A stretch of 64,000 nt of DNA from Yuukianura sp. NJ FZ-2021 (Eukaryota), in assembly GCA_046563655.1 (NCBI GenBank), contig CM102285.1, positions 15,066,001-15,130,000 on the forward strand, in the 5' to 3' direction. Every line of letters starts with the position of its first letter. Position 1 is the first letter of the stretch. The notes under the pieces are model-generated. The model did no database searches, was not told where the DNA came from, and worked only from the letters and a program-made list of their open reading frames with translations. Positions 13,433 to 26,321 of this stretch are shown here, one piece after another. The position numbers and the translations under genes were made by a program.

Positions 13433-14344
13433 CCAAGTACTTGGACACAGCAAACACTTTCTCCAACTTTCTTCTCTGTTTCTTCTGACAACCAAATCAA
13501 TCATACGCTCAATATTGAACTCCATTTCCAATTTCCATTTAATCAACTTTTTACAAAAAACTAAAGTTTCAGAAAAAAAATTTTTTAGTAATAGCAAGCT
13601 GCCGTTCCAAAATTTCAAATTTTCAGGTCAATGCGAAATGTTAAATTTTAGTATGAATTGAAAATGCAAATTTTTCAGTGGCGTCGTGTCCATTTTTTCT
13701 AAATTTTGAATTCATACGTACAGTATGGTGCAGAAGTTAATTAAAAAGTTAAATTAAACATTTAATTTAATTAAACATTGAAAAAAATTAAAGTAAAGTT
13801 AAGTTTGTGATTAACGCAGCAAACTTACAACAATCTAAAAAATAATTACTTGAGCTGTAATTATTTTCCAACAAAAAAGTTTTTTCGCTGAAACCGATTG
13901 ATTGATGAAATGGAAAGTATTATTTTGGATTTTTCCAAAAAGCTTGAGTGTTAAGGGCTCAGGGGGCCCTTTGTTTCTTAAGTTGAAGAAAGTACTTTAA
14001 GTCCCCATTTCTCCTGAACGTGACATTCCTTTTGTTTTCCTTTACTCAGAATCTTATTTGGATTTGGAGAAAGTGCTTTCTCCTCTGCAGCCATTATTCG
14101 TCGATTGACAGTTTTATTTGCTGTGCACAGCGCGTGGCAGTGTTAATTACTTTTCTGTTTAATTAACACCCTAATCAAACTTAAACTTAAAACTATCAAG
14201 TTCTCCACCTCTGCACTGGAAATATTTGAGAGAGATTTGTGGTTTTTGTGGCCAATTAAAAAGAGCAGATGAGGTTTTTGGAATAAAAGACCCAATCTAC
14301 AACTTATTTGTGCTCAACAATTTTAGAGGAACAGAAGAGGCATC

Positions 14345-17100
14345 ATGGGCTACGACTATGAAGGAATTGAGGTCAAATCGGTAAGGTCAACAGGAAATTA
14401 TTTCAGAAATTTTCAAAATTTTGAAAAAAGGTAAGTTTTTTTTGAAATTTTGAAATTTAAGTTGGGGGAGTACTTTGGGAGAAAGTCTGGTCAAGACTAC
14501 AAGAAGATCAAGGCAGGGCTGAAGAAGGGCGTGCCCTGGGTTGACCCGGATTTCAACGAGAAAGATCCAAATACGCTTGGAAAGAAGGCGGCCAATGACC
14601 TTATCTTCTGGGCGAGGGCAAAGGTCAACAAAAAATGTCAAAATTTAATTTTGTTTAATTAGTTTAATTATATTAATTATTTTGACACTAATTAATATAA
14701 CCTAGGTCAACTTAATTAGTTTTAATTAATAAATTTCGCCATAGGCGGTTGACCCGTCACCGGTTTTTGTGAAAAATCAAGAATGCTATGAAACGAAATC
14801 CTCCCGGTTTGACATCATCCAGGGCGCTTTGTGTATGAAATGCTTTTTTCAAAATTTTGAAAATGAGTTTTATTATATATAAATTTATTTTATTTATATA
14901 AATCTATTTCATTTTATAATTTGTAGCTGACTGTTGGTTTTTGGTGTCGGTGGATGTGCTTGCAGAACAACCAGTGTTGCTCCGCATGGTCGTTCCGGAA
15001 GACAACACTTTTGATGATGACAACTCTGTCTTCCATTTTCGGTTTTTTCAAGTTCAATTTTTTCAAAATTTCACCTTTTATTTTTAAATTTCTTTGAAAT
15101 GTGATTTGTAGATTTTGGAAAGCTGGAACTTGGGTGGAAGTTGTGGTGGATGATCGTCTGCCATGCTTTTTGGCAATGGAAAACAACAAGATTGTGACCA
15201 AAGTTGCTTTTGCGAGGAACAGAGAAAACGAGTTCTGGGTTCCACTGATGGAGAAAGCTTATGCAAAGTAAAAGTTGACCTTTGACCCGAAATTGACCTT
15301 TGACCCATGGGGACTCTTTTTTTAAGGTTGTATGGGTCATACTCGATGTTGCAGTTTGGGTTGATCGGAGACGCTCTGGTTGACCTGACGAGTGGAATCT
15401 GTTCTACTTTGACCTTGAGGTCACCCACCTCTGACCCGCCGAAGGCCGTGCTCAACTTCTTGGCCAGCAGTTACGAGCGTGGAGCTCTCATTGGCCTTGG
15501 AATCTGCACGGGAACGAATGAGGCGGGCAGTGCCCCTGCTCTCGGCGCTGGAGAAATCAAGATGGACAATGGACTGGCCAGAGGACACGCCTACTCCGTT
15601 ACAGGGCTAGGTCAATTATAAAATTATAAAATTATATAAATTATAAAATTATAAAAACTATAAAATTATAAAATTTATAAAATTAGGTCAACTGCCCTAC
15701 CAAGGCAAGGACGTTCTGCTCGTCAGAGTCCGGAATCCATGGGGCACAGAGTTCGAGTGGAACGGAGCTTGGTCGGACAAGTAAGTCTCAAATTGACCTT
15801 TGACCTTTGACCTTTGTTGACCTTTGACCTCTAGATCTGTGGAGTGGGAAGCATTTAAAGAAGAGCGCGTGAGCAACCTGCACTTGAAGCTGGGTGACGG
15901 AGAGTTCTGGATGTCTTTTCGCGATGTGATGCAGAACTTTGATCTGCTCAGCATTTGTCATCTTCCGGCTCGTGTGGCCAAGGAAGTGGCGTCTCCGGAG
16001 ATGGGCGAACCCACACTTTGGGCCAACCACGAATTCAGTGGATCATGGACGGAATCGGGAAGTATCAATGCAGGTTGGATCAATTAGTTAATCTTTGTTA
16101 ATTGATTAATGAACTGTTTTAACTAATTAGTGGAGCTGTTCAAGAATCCGCAGTATCTCCTGGACTTGACGACCCCTTCGGACACTGCCACGATGGACGT
16201 CATCGTGTCTGTGTTCAACAAAGCAATTCGACTCACCGGAAAGGACGTCTCCGGAGAAAAGTTTTTCCCAGTCATCTTCAGTGTAAGTTTGTACAAAATT
16301 TTAAGAAAATATTCACAATTTCCCCGAATTTTCCAGTAGTCTTGAGAGTATTTCCCCCAATTTTCCAAAAGCGTTGGGAGAATTTCCCAAAATTTTCCAA
16401 ACGTCATTGAGAGAATTTCTTTTAATTTTTCAAAAGTCTCTAGAATTTCTCTGTAGGTTGTCTTTTTCGAATTGGTTGTTTTTTATCCTAGTTTTCAAAA
16501 ACTATTGAGAGAATTGAATTGAGAAAATTGAAATTTTGTAATCAAGTTCAAAATTTCAAACCTTGAAGTTTTCCGAAACTTTTAAAAATCGTGAAAGATG
16601 CCGCTACAATTTTCAAAAATCTAGAGAGAATCCTCCTGAATTTTCCAAAAGTCTGTAGAGAATTTCCTCTAATTTTTCCAGAAGTCGAGAAAATTTTCCT
16701 AAATTTTCCAAAAATCTGAATTTCCCAAAGTTTCTAAAAAATGGTGCATTGCCCCGAATGTTTTAAAAATGTAAAGAGACCGCTCCGGAATGTTCTAAAA
16801 ATGTTGAGAAATGTTCCCTGAAGATGTTAAAAATCGGTTTGTAATGAAATGTAGGTGAAGACGCCAACTGAGACCTTAACGAAGCGATTTCCAGCGTCAG
16901 CGATGGAGTCTGGAGTGTTGAGCCAGGCAGCGAAGCCTGTGCCGGAAGATATGCGAGAGTCGTTTGAGCTCCACTCATTTCCCAAGGGAAGATACCTCAT
17001 CATCCCCACTTGCATCAACCCAGCCATGTCGGGCAAAGCGGGCAAGTACATGCTCAGAGTCTACACCGATGGGAACTCCACCATGACCCTCCTCAAGTGA
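14345..17100 (+). CDS. Atypical calpain (CysPc protease core + domain III/CBSW, no penta-EF hand), ~523 aa
   Basis: Ten exons: 14345-14380, 14462-14623, 14745-14832, 14927-15041, 15112-15267, 15327-15610, 15687-15780, 15835-16073, 16131-16282, 16855-17100 (1572 nt). Catalytic motifs [18 protein letters not shown] and RVRNPWG; also [38 protein letters not shown] and GRYLIIPT. Confidence 0.93.
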
Positions 17101-18490
17101 AACCAGGGCAAGGTCAAAGGTCAATCCACTCTCCAAACACAACTCAAGTCATTCGTTACAACTCAATCTTCACAATCCAATAAATTCTTCCAATTTCCTC
17201 ACATGAACAAATTTCATCAGTTTCCTCAAAAATTGGTTTCCTCAGAAATCGTTTTCCTCAGAAATCGGTTTCCTCGTTTCCTCATTTTGAATTTTCTTGG
17301 ATTTTGGTTCATAAAAGAGAAAGTTTTTAAAAATTGGATTTGTACAAACATTTCCGATTTTTGTGTTTTCCACTTTTTGAAAGTGCTAAAATCCTATTGT
17401 GCGAAAGGAAGTTAAATGGAATTTAGATAAAGTTGTTACTATGTTGGATCCACAATTCCCAGGAAGTGGTGGATTGAGTCCATTTGATCTTGTGGTGGAT
17501 CCATTTGAATTGTGGAAGAGAACCGATAAAAGTTGAGAATCGAATCTGCGCTTTCTCTTGTTCACTCAAGTTCACTAGTCCATGACAGTGTCACTCGAAA
17601 AGACAAAATCCTGGATTTGATTCCATTTCAACTGAGAGGCGTCACAAGCACGCTCTTCTCATTTCCGTTTTGACTCCTTGTCTCTATGTGCTGGATGCTG
17701 CTAGATGCTGGATGCTAGAGTTTCCTTCCTGAAAGATTCATCCTGGATCCAAGTAATTGACAAATTCTAATCTCCCATCAACTTTTACCACACGCTCATC
17801 TTCCACTTTCACTTCCCTTGGAAACGGGCACAAGATGAGACCAAAAGCGGGTTTCTTCATCCCAATCCGATTTCCTCTCTTTTCTCTCGCTCTCAAAACT
17901 TTCTCTTCCTGCAAAGAGAAAAAGAGAAAAGAGAAGTGAAAGAGGCGCTTATGCCTAACTAATTTCCACATTTTAATTAACTTGGCTTCTTCTGAATCAT
18001 GGACTCATCTTCTTCCTGGAAAAGAGAAAAAAAACGCAATTAGTGCTGCAATTAGATTTCTAAAAGTGAAAGTCACTTTTGATGCTGCCGAATACTTGGA
18101 ATCGCTGAAACTTGCGATGCTGCCTAATACTTGGAATCGCTGATACTTGCCATCGCAGATACTTGTAGCATTATGAACATTTATTACTTGGTTTAGGTAC
18201 CTCCTTTCTCTTGATTTTGAAAAGTAGAAGCCCCTTGTCCTGCACTTATGAAAATGAAGTTTACTGTTTAAGCGATTGAGATTTACTAATAAAAGTGAAA
18301 GCATTGAACTACTTAAACGCAGTGCAGCAGTGGTACAACTTTACAAAACACATAGAGATGAAAGAGACAAAAAACGTTTCAATGCTTGTGGGTTCTTATA
18401 AGTAGCGCGAGATTTAGTGCTAAGGTTGTCTAAAACTCTATTCATAATTTGCGAGAGTTGCCGACGAGTAGTGGTGGGGCCTTCCAGGAT

Positions 18491-20284
<1,794 letters not shown>

Positions 20285-21949
20285 CTTGTGACACTTGAGT
20301 CCTATCCAATCTGTAACAGACAGACAAATGGTGTCAAAGTCACTTGTCTTGTAACTCACAAATTGTAACTGTCAATGTAACTTCTAATGTGTCCTGTCCA
20401 ATGGACGACAAACGATACCAAGAAATGGATGTATACAGAACAGAGGTTACGAGATGTCCAGTACAGATGAGAGATGAGTTGTAACGTTACCTTGTACCAC
20501 CTGATGAGGAGGTCCTTATTGAAGTAAGTTGTGGACAGAACGATTTCCCTTGTTCTGCTAATAGAGAAAAGTAATTGATTTATGTGGTTGTTGTGTCCAC
20601 TACGGTCATAAGTAATTGATGTTTTCCTAATTTTCTAATCAAATGATGTGAGAGAGAGAGGAAGTGAGAGGAAGAGTGGAAAATAGTGCAGGAGAGAGCG
20701 AGAAGTGGAGCTCAGTGTCTTATCGGCTCTTGCGTATTCACTCTCTGTTTTTGGGAACGAGGAAACAGAACGCAAAAACAAACCGCGGACATGCCGAAAA
20801 CCAAGGACTCAAACTCAAGGGTTTTTCAAAACCTTACAAACTAGGACACAACAAATTTCATTTCCGCTTAATAAAAAACGTCTAAAATAGCTAACGCCTC
20901 ACTTTGACAATTAAATAATACCTAACTGCAAACAATAAATTTTACACTGTAAGTACCAAAAACAACAATAAATATACATGAAATAAAACAACAGCTGACC
21001 CAAATTAAAACTGTAAATTAAAGGTTTTGCCCTCACGCTTCTTTTAATTCATAATTGCATTAAAACCTTTTGAACACTTAATTTAATTTTATTTAATAAA
21101 ACATTTAATCAAATGAAACTTTTGAGTTGCATACGTAATTGTTTTATTCAAAGAATATTGCAATTTTGTTTGCACAAAATTTTACTGCATTTAATGGAAA
21201 TCCGAAACAGTTTTTGTTCCACTGTCATATTTTAAATACATCGGAAACGGTTATCTATAAAAACCTGTATTACAATTTAACCATACAATACACTTTCCAA
21301 TTTCAACATGACTATTTAGTCTTGTATTGAAATTGGAAAGTGATGTGTATTTTGAGTGGATTTGGATAGTAACGTACAAATCCTTGGGGTGTCCTCGGTC
21401 GTATAACCGCGGAATTCGAGAGATCGCGGGTGAATAAAGGACAAGGCTAACTTGATCAAGAGGAGCCTTGGCCCCGCCTCCACTGCAGACCATAACCAAA
21501 TGCACGCAATAAGTCATCTCCTGGGTCATGACACACAAACCCTATGACAGCTGTGGACATCAATTTTAATTCTAATTAAACTTAATGTTTAATTAAACCA
21601 ACAATTGAAAGTTATCTATATGCTGTTATTATTTACCTTACGCATGCTTATTAATAAGATTATTTAATTACTTTTAGTTGTCTTTCTTTATTTAAATATA
21701 ATGCATATTATTTTTATTTTAATCTGCCCATGTTTGGTTAATGTGGTGCCACGTAATGTATGTGGAGAACCGTGAGACGAACTTGAAAATTAAAAAAACA
21801 CAAACATTCGAAATGTAAAGAAAACAAATTCAAATTCCGCAGATGACAGCTGATCGGTGTTCATTTGCTTCTTGATTGTTTATACTTAAAATTTAAACCA
21901 TTAATTGATTAATTAGTCTGTTAATTACTTTTGACAGAAGGCCTGCGAG

Positions 21950-23174
21950 ATGTTCTCTAGCTTAAGAGAGAAATTCCACAATGTCCAGGAGGAGATTTCA
22001 TCCAGGTATGTCTTCGAACAATTCAATTTCAATAAGAACTCCAGGTTGTGCTAATGGGAAAACGTTGTCTACTTTTAGCCTCAAGAACTTGAAAATTGAT
22101 CGACATGGAATCCGAAGAAAGTCCAGTGTACCAAACGTGAATGCCTTGACTGGTTCCAGACCAAACGTTAACTTAGAAGCAGGGGCAGAGTTACTTGAAC
22201 ATTACGAAATCGCTTGGAGTGATATTCATCGCAAAACTGAAGAAACAGCCACTTCAGCGCAGGTTTTAGACAAATATTTTTCTAGAGTTTTCTTTTAGGT
22301 TAAGTTGAATCACATGTTACATTTTGTTTTATGTATTCTTAGACTGCTGCCCTTTTGATTTCAAACCTTCACAGAAATTACGAAGACCAGTGGAACAAGA
22401 TGGTTCGCCTGTCGTCTGGACTCGCCATTATTCCCAAAGTGGTTCACGGTGTACAAGAAGTTTCAGACCTCTTATGTAAGGACCTAAGTGACAAATATAG
22501 TATGAGTTGTTATGAATAACTTAAACTCTGAACTTATAGTATTTTCGTACTTTAGTGAACGTGCAATGTGCCTTTGACGAAACACAAGACGCCTTACTGC
22601 AACTGGAAAACATGATTGAGACGATAGAGCTACGAGAGAAGGAATTAGAACACCAGTTCCAGCTTGCTCTTTACAGGAAGAAACGAGAGGATGAACTGGA
22701 CGATTTGAAAGGTTTGAATTAACTCATCGGCACAACAGTGTGATCATAAAGTATGATTAAAACTCTACCATAACTTTTTTACTTTATAGTGAAACTGACG
22801 AACGAGCATTTCGTCAAAATCAAAGAATACGAGAAGAGAAAGGCACTTGAAATGAAGATGAGGCAAGCCTACTTTCAAGAAGCATTTGAAAAGGACCTTG
22901 AGCAATACAAGGACGGAAGTCTCGTCACCCGTAAACTTTTTCATCTTCAGCCAGTTTTTTTCCAAATAGATGCTGTTCTAAAAATTCTAAAAAATTGTAT
23001 TTGTGAACTATTTTAGGAGTTGATTCGAGAGCTGAGAAGGTATCGTCCCCTTCTCTGGAAGAAATTGAGCTGGAAGAGGACACGACCAACTTGGAGAACT
23101 TCCTTGCCGATGCCAACGACATTGAAGAAGAACCAATACCAAACCATGCAAATACCACAACTACTGTCACATGA
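21950..23174 (+). CDS. DTNBP1: Dysbindin (BLOC-1 subunit), ~275 aa
   Basis: Exons 21950-22005, 22079-22262, 22343-22475, 22556-22711, 22790-22930, 23017-23174. MFSSLREKFHNVQEEI start, NLEAGAELLEHYEIAWSDIH, MRQAYFQEAFEKDLEQY and acidic SLEEIELEED..LENFL tail match dysbindin. Confidence 0.9.
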
Positions 23175-23506
23175 TCATCCACTGGCACAGTCACTTGCTA
23201 CACTTCAACTGACAACGACACCATTAACCACTTGATTGTTGTCTTTTTATTCACATTCCAATCACTTTTTGTTGTACAACATACAGTTGTGCTTGCCCAG
23301 CGATTTCACTTAACAAGTACCTTCAAATTACAGCATTTATTTTTTAATCATCATTCCATTAAAGTTCTAGTCCAAACTTCTTGATATTTAAAAATTCATT
23401 TGTTACACAAATCTCCGTCTTGCAACACACTAAAGCATGCAGTGTAAGAAAATACATTGTGCAAGTATTTTCTCAATTTTTTTCAAAATACTTGCAGAGT
23501 TAACTG

Positions 23507-25775
23507 TTAACCACTTTTGTAGGCTTCGTACAACGCTGTCGGGATCTTACCACTGGAATGCAGAGCTCCAATCAGCCTTACTCTCACATCCGATGCAGGT
23601 TTTCCATGTCTACAAGTAAATCAAAACACAGTTTTTTAAATTTCTCCATTAATGATTTACTAAATCGATTAATTGATTAGTGATTTCTTGATTAGTCATA
23701 GGATGACATACGGCTTTCGGAGTAACGCAGGAAGAAACTGATCGTAGTAGTAGCGCTTCCGAAACATCAGCATTTCTGTAATTGCAGCAGGAACTTTCTG
23801 GACAGCCTCAAATGCTTTGATGACTCGGTCAATGTCAAGTTGGATCTGAAAGAAAAGACAAAGGTTAGTTTCGATTAAGGATGAACGAATTAATTGACTA
23901 ACTAATTGAATTGACTAATGCAAAGACTCACTGGGTTGTTTGGATTCGGCAGATTCTCTTCTGCCAGTTCCAGTTCAGCATCTTGTTCCTCTCCAATCCG
24001 GATTTTGGCTGATCCAATGTAATCGCTCCACACATTTCTCATTCCAGCAGGCACAAATGGCCAATATATTGTATGAACTTGGAGGAAACAGATGGGGTCA
24101 TTCGGCAACATGTCGCTTAGGACACAAGCTAAAAAAGTAAACTTTTCTGGAGATCTGGCTGGAGTGGTCGTTTCGCCTCCAAAGGTTCCCGTGTACCATT
24201 TTTCATATCGGTCGAATTTTGAAGGAGAAATTAAGCAGCAGTGTCTCGCCATCACGAAAGCACCGACAATTCCTTCGGAGTTTCTTGAAACTATGCTGGA
24301 CGAGAGTATCTTGTGGATAATTTGTTTGAGAAATGAGAAGACATTGAAGGTGGATTGCGATCTGTATTGTTCCAGAGTTGTAGTTGCAACTGTTGTCATG
24401 ACCAGGACCATCTCCCAGTTGACATTGCCCTCTTGCACACGCTGTTCAACCAACTCGAAAGCTTCGTCAAGCATTCCCGGATGTCTAAGAATCTGAAAAC
24501 AAAGTAAAAGTAGAAACTTAAAAGTGAAAAGCTTCCAGAAAAAGGAAAAAAACAGAGAAATGTGTTGATTCTTGAAACGCATACTGAAAATATTGCTTCT
24601 TTTGCTCCTAAGTACTGCTCCTCCGACTGAGTTTGCGCAGTAAACTTTTCCTGTTGGCGTTGGATGTCTTGTAACGTCAAGGTCACAGTTTTCGACAAAA
24701 TCTGATTCATGTGGTCAATTCGATACTTCTTCCTAAGATCGGCAGGGAGAAGAACTAGATTAAAAAAAAACAGAAATTGAGTGTTAATTAAGTTTTAGTT
24801 TGAGTTAAGATTGTTGTTATTTTTACCATCTTGAAGATAAACTGACAATACTTGTTGACTCCAGCGTTGACATGGGTCATCGGACAGCAAGCGTGACTGG
24901 ATTCCTGTCACCACGTTGTCAGCTACGTTTTTGAGACGTATGAGTTGGTCGTTTGATTCGGGGTTGGCGTAAGAAGCTATCACAATTTCCGGAACAATAA
25001 CTGACATGATCTTGGTCAAACGTGTCTTCTTGGAGTCGTCAGTGTCAGCAGCCGACCAATACCCGAAACAAACAATCTGGGTCGTAAGGAAGTTCTGGTC
25101 CGGAATGGATTCAAGGCTAGAAAAAGAAGAACAAAGTAGAAAATTGTGAATCGATGGGCTTAAATTTCACAAATACGACGAACCTCACGAGATATGCGTT
25201 CAAAGCAAATAGTTTATACTTACTACAAGTCATCAACCAAACGAGCTCCAAAGGCGGAAACTTAATCTTGAGAGGAACAAATTAAACAAAACAAATTACA
25301 AAATAACAAATTAATTACAAATTAATTACATAAATTCAAAGGATTCACAACAACAAAATCGTATTTATGAGCTGACCTGCGTACTGAACAGCTTCAAAAG
25401 ACGAAAGTCATCGAACCCAAGCCCAGGCGTATCTTTGACTAAAGTTGCGAATACTAGCAATCGTTTAATTGATCTCTTCACTGCCTTGGTGCTGATGAAA
25501 AATGTGGGTTCGAAACGTTTCTCATTGTCGTATTCAGTGTCATCTACTTCCATTGCATTGACGTTCCAATTTCCAGCGGAGGTGTTGCCCTGTACTTCCA
25601 AAAGTTTCCTTAGTTTTTCCACTACGAAGACAGGAACGTAATCGTATCGGGCATTCTGAATAGCAATGGAATTTGCAATCCCTGGAGTGCCCTTGTACTG
25701 CGATACAAATTCCTGTTCCAATTCATACAACAACTGTGATGGCAGCGGTTCATTGTCGTCACGTCTGGTTCCCAT
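23507..25775 (-). CDS. FANCA: Fanconi anaemia group A-like protein, N-terminal region only, ~579 aa
   Basis: Exons 25775-25377, 25266-25184, 25116-24827, 24754-24585, 24492-23932, 23845-23712, 23609-23507 (1740 nt). AFVMARHCC..YEKWYTGTFG..FTFLACVLSDMLPNDPICFLQVH..WSDYIGSAKIRI, DIDRVIKAFE..MFRKRYYYDQFLPALL and RVRLIGALHSSGKIPTALYEAY are collinear with recalled vertebrate FANCA blocks (YADWFKASFG, LSELVPFESPRYLQVH, DYISLAKTRL, FRRPYYVSHFLPALL, KIPPSLYSTY). Confidence 0.82.
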
Positions 25776-26321
25776 GTATCACACGAAACACCTGTAATCA
25801 AATCAACAGACAAGCATTTAGTTGACTAATTTAACAACAATTAACTTATTAATTAATTAAATTAACTTTCACCTTTTCTCTGTGCTAATCTTAGTATCTT
25901 ACTAGAATTTTCTTCCGACTTTTGTTTTGATTTTGAAGGGAGAAAAAATTCAGCCGAACGCGGCTTAATTTTTAAAAAATGTAAACTCTCGTCTCACCTT
26001 GCCCCAGAAATGGATTTGGCGGTAAACTGAAAATTTCAAACTTATTAGAATTTCAATCTCAATTTTTTTTCTGTTTTTGTTGTTCATTCATCTTCATTCT
26101 TAATATTTCAATAAAATTTAATTGTTCAATTACTAATTAGATGAGAAACGTTTAACTTACGATTGGTTTCGAAGACGTTAACGAATTTGCCGTAGGTGTT
26201 TTGTCGGGCGAGCACTTTTGATAGCCCGTAAATACAAGGAATAAGGCATAGTTGAACTGATTTTGTTCGTTCGGTGGATCAGCTGTTCCGGTAAACAATC
26301 ACTAATCACTCATTTGCTAAA

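Noticed and set aside
7400..13700. Many 60-100 aa ORFs between PDE1 and calpain
   Set aside because: F/K/L/S-rich translations of poly-A/T DNA; no motifs or consistent exon chain.
21354..21545. RNase P/MRP, 7SK, SRP, snRNA or HDV-like ribozyme
   Set aside because: The diagnostic conserved motifs I recall were not found on either strand; kept only as an unidentified structured segment.
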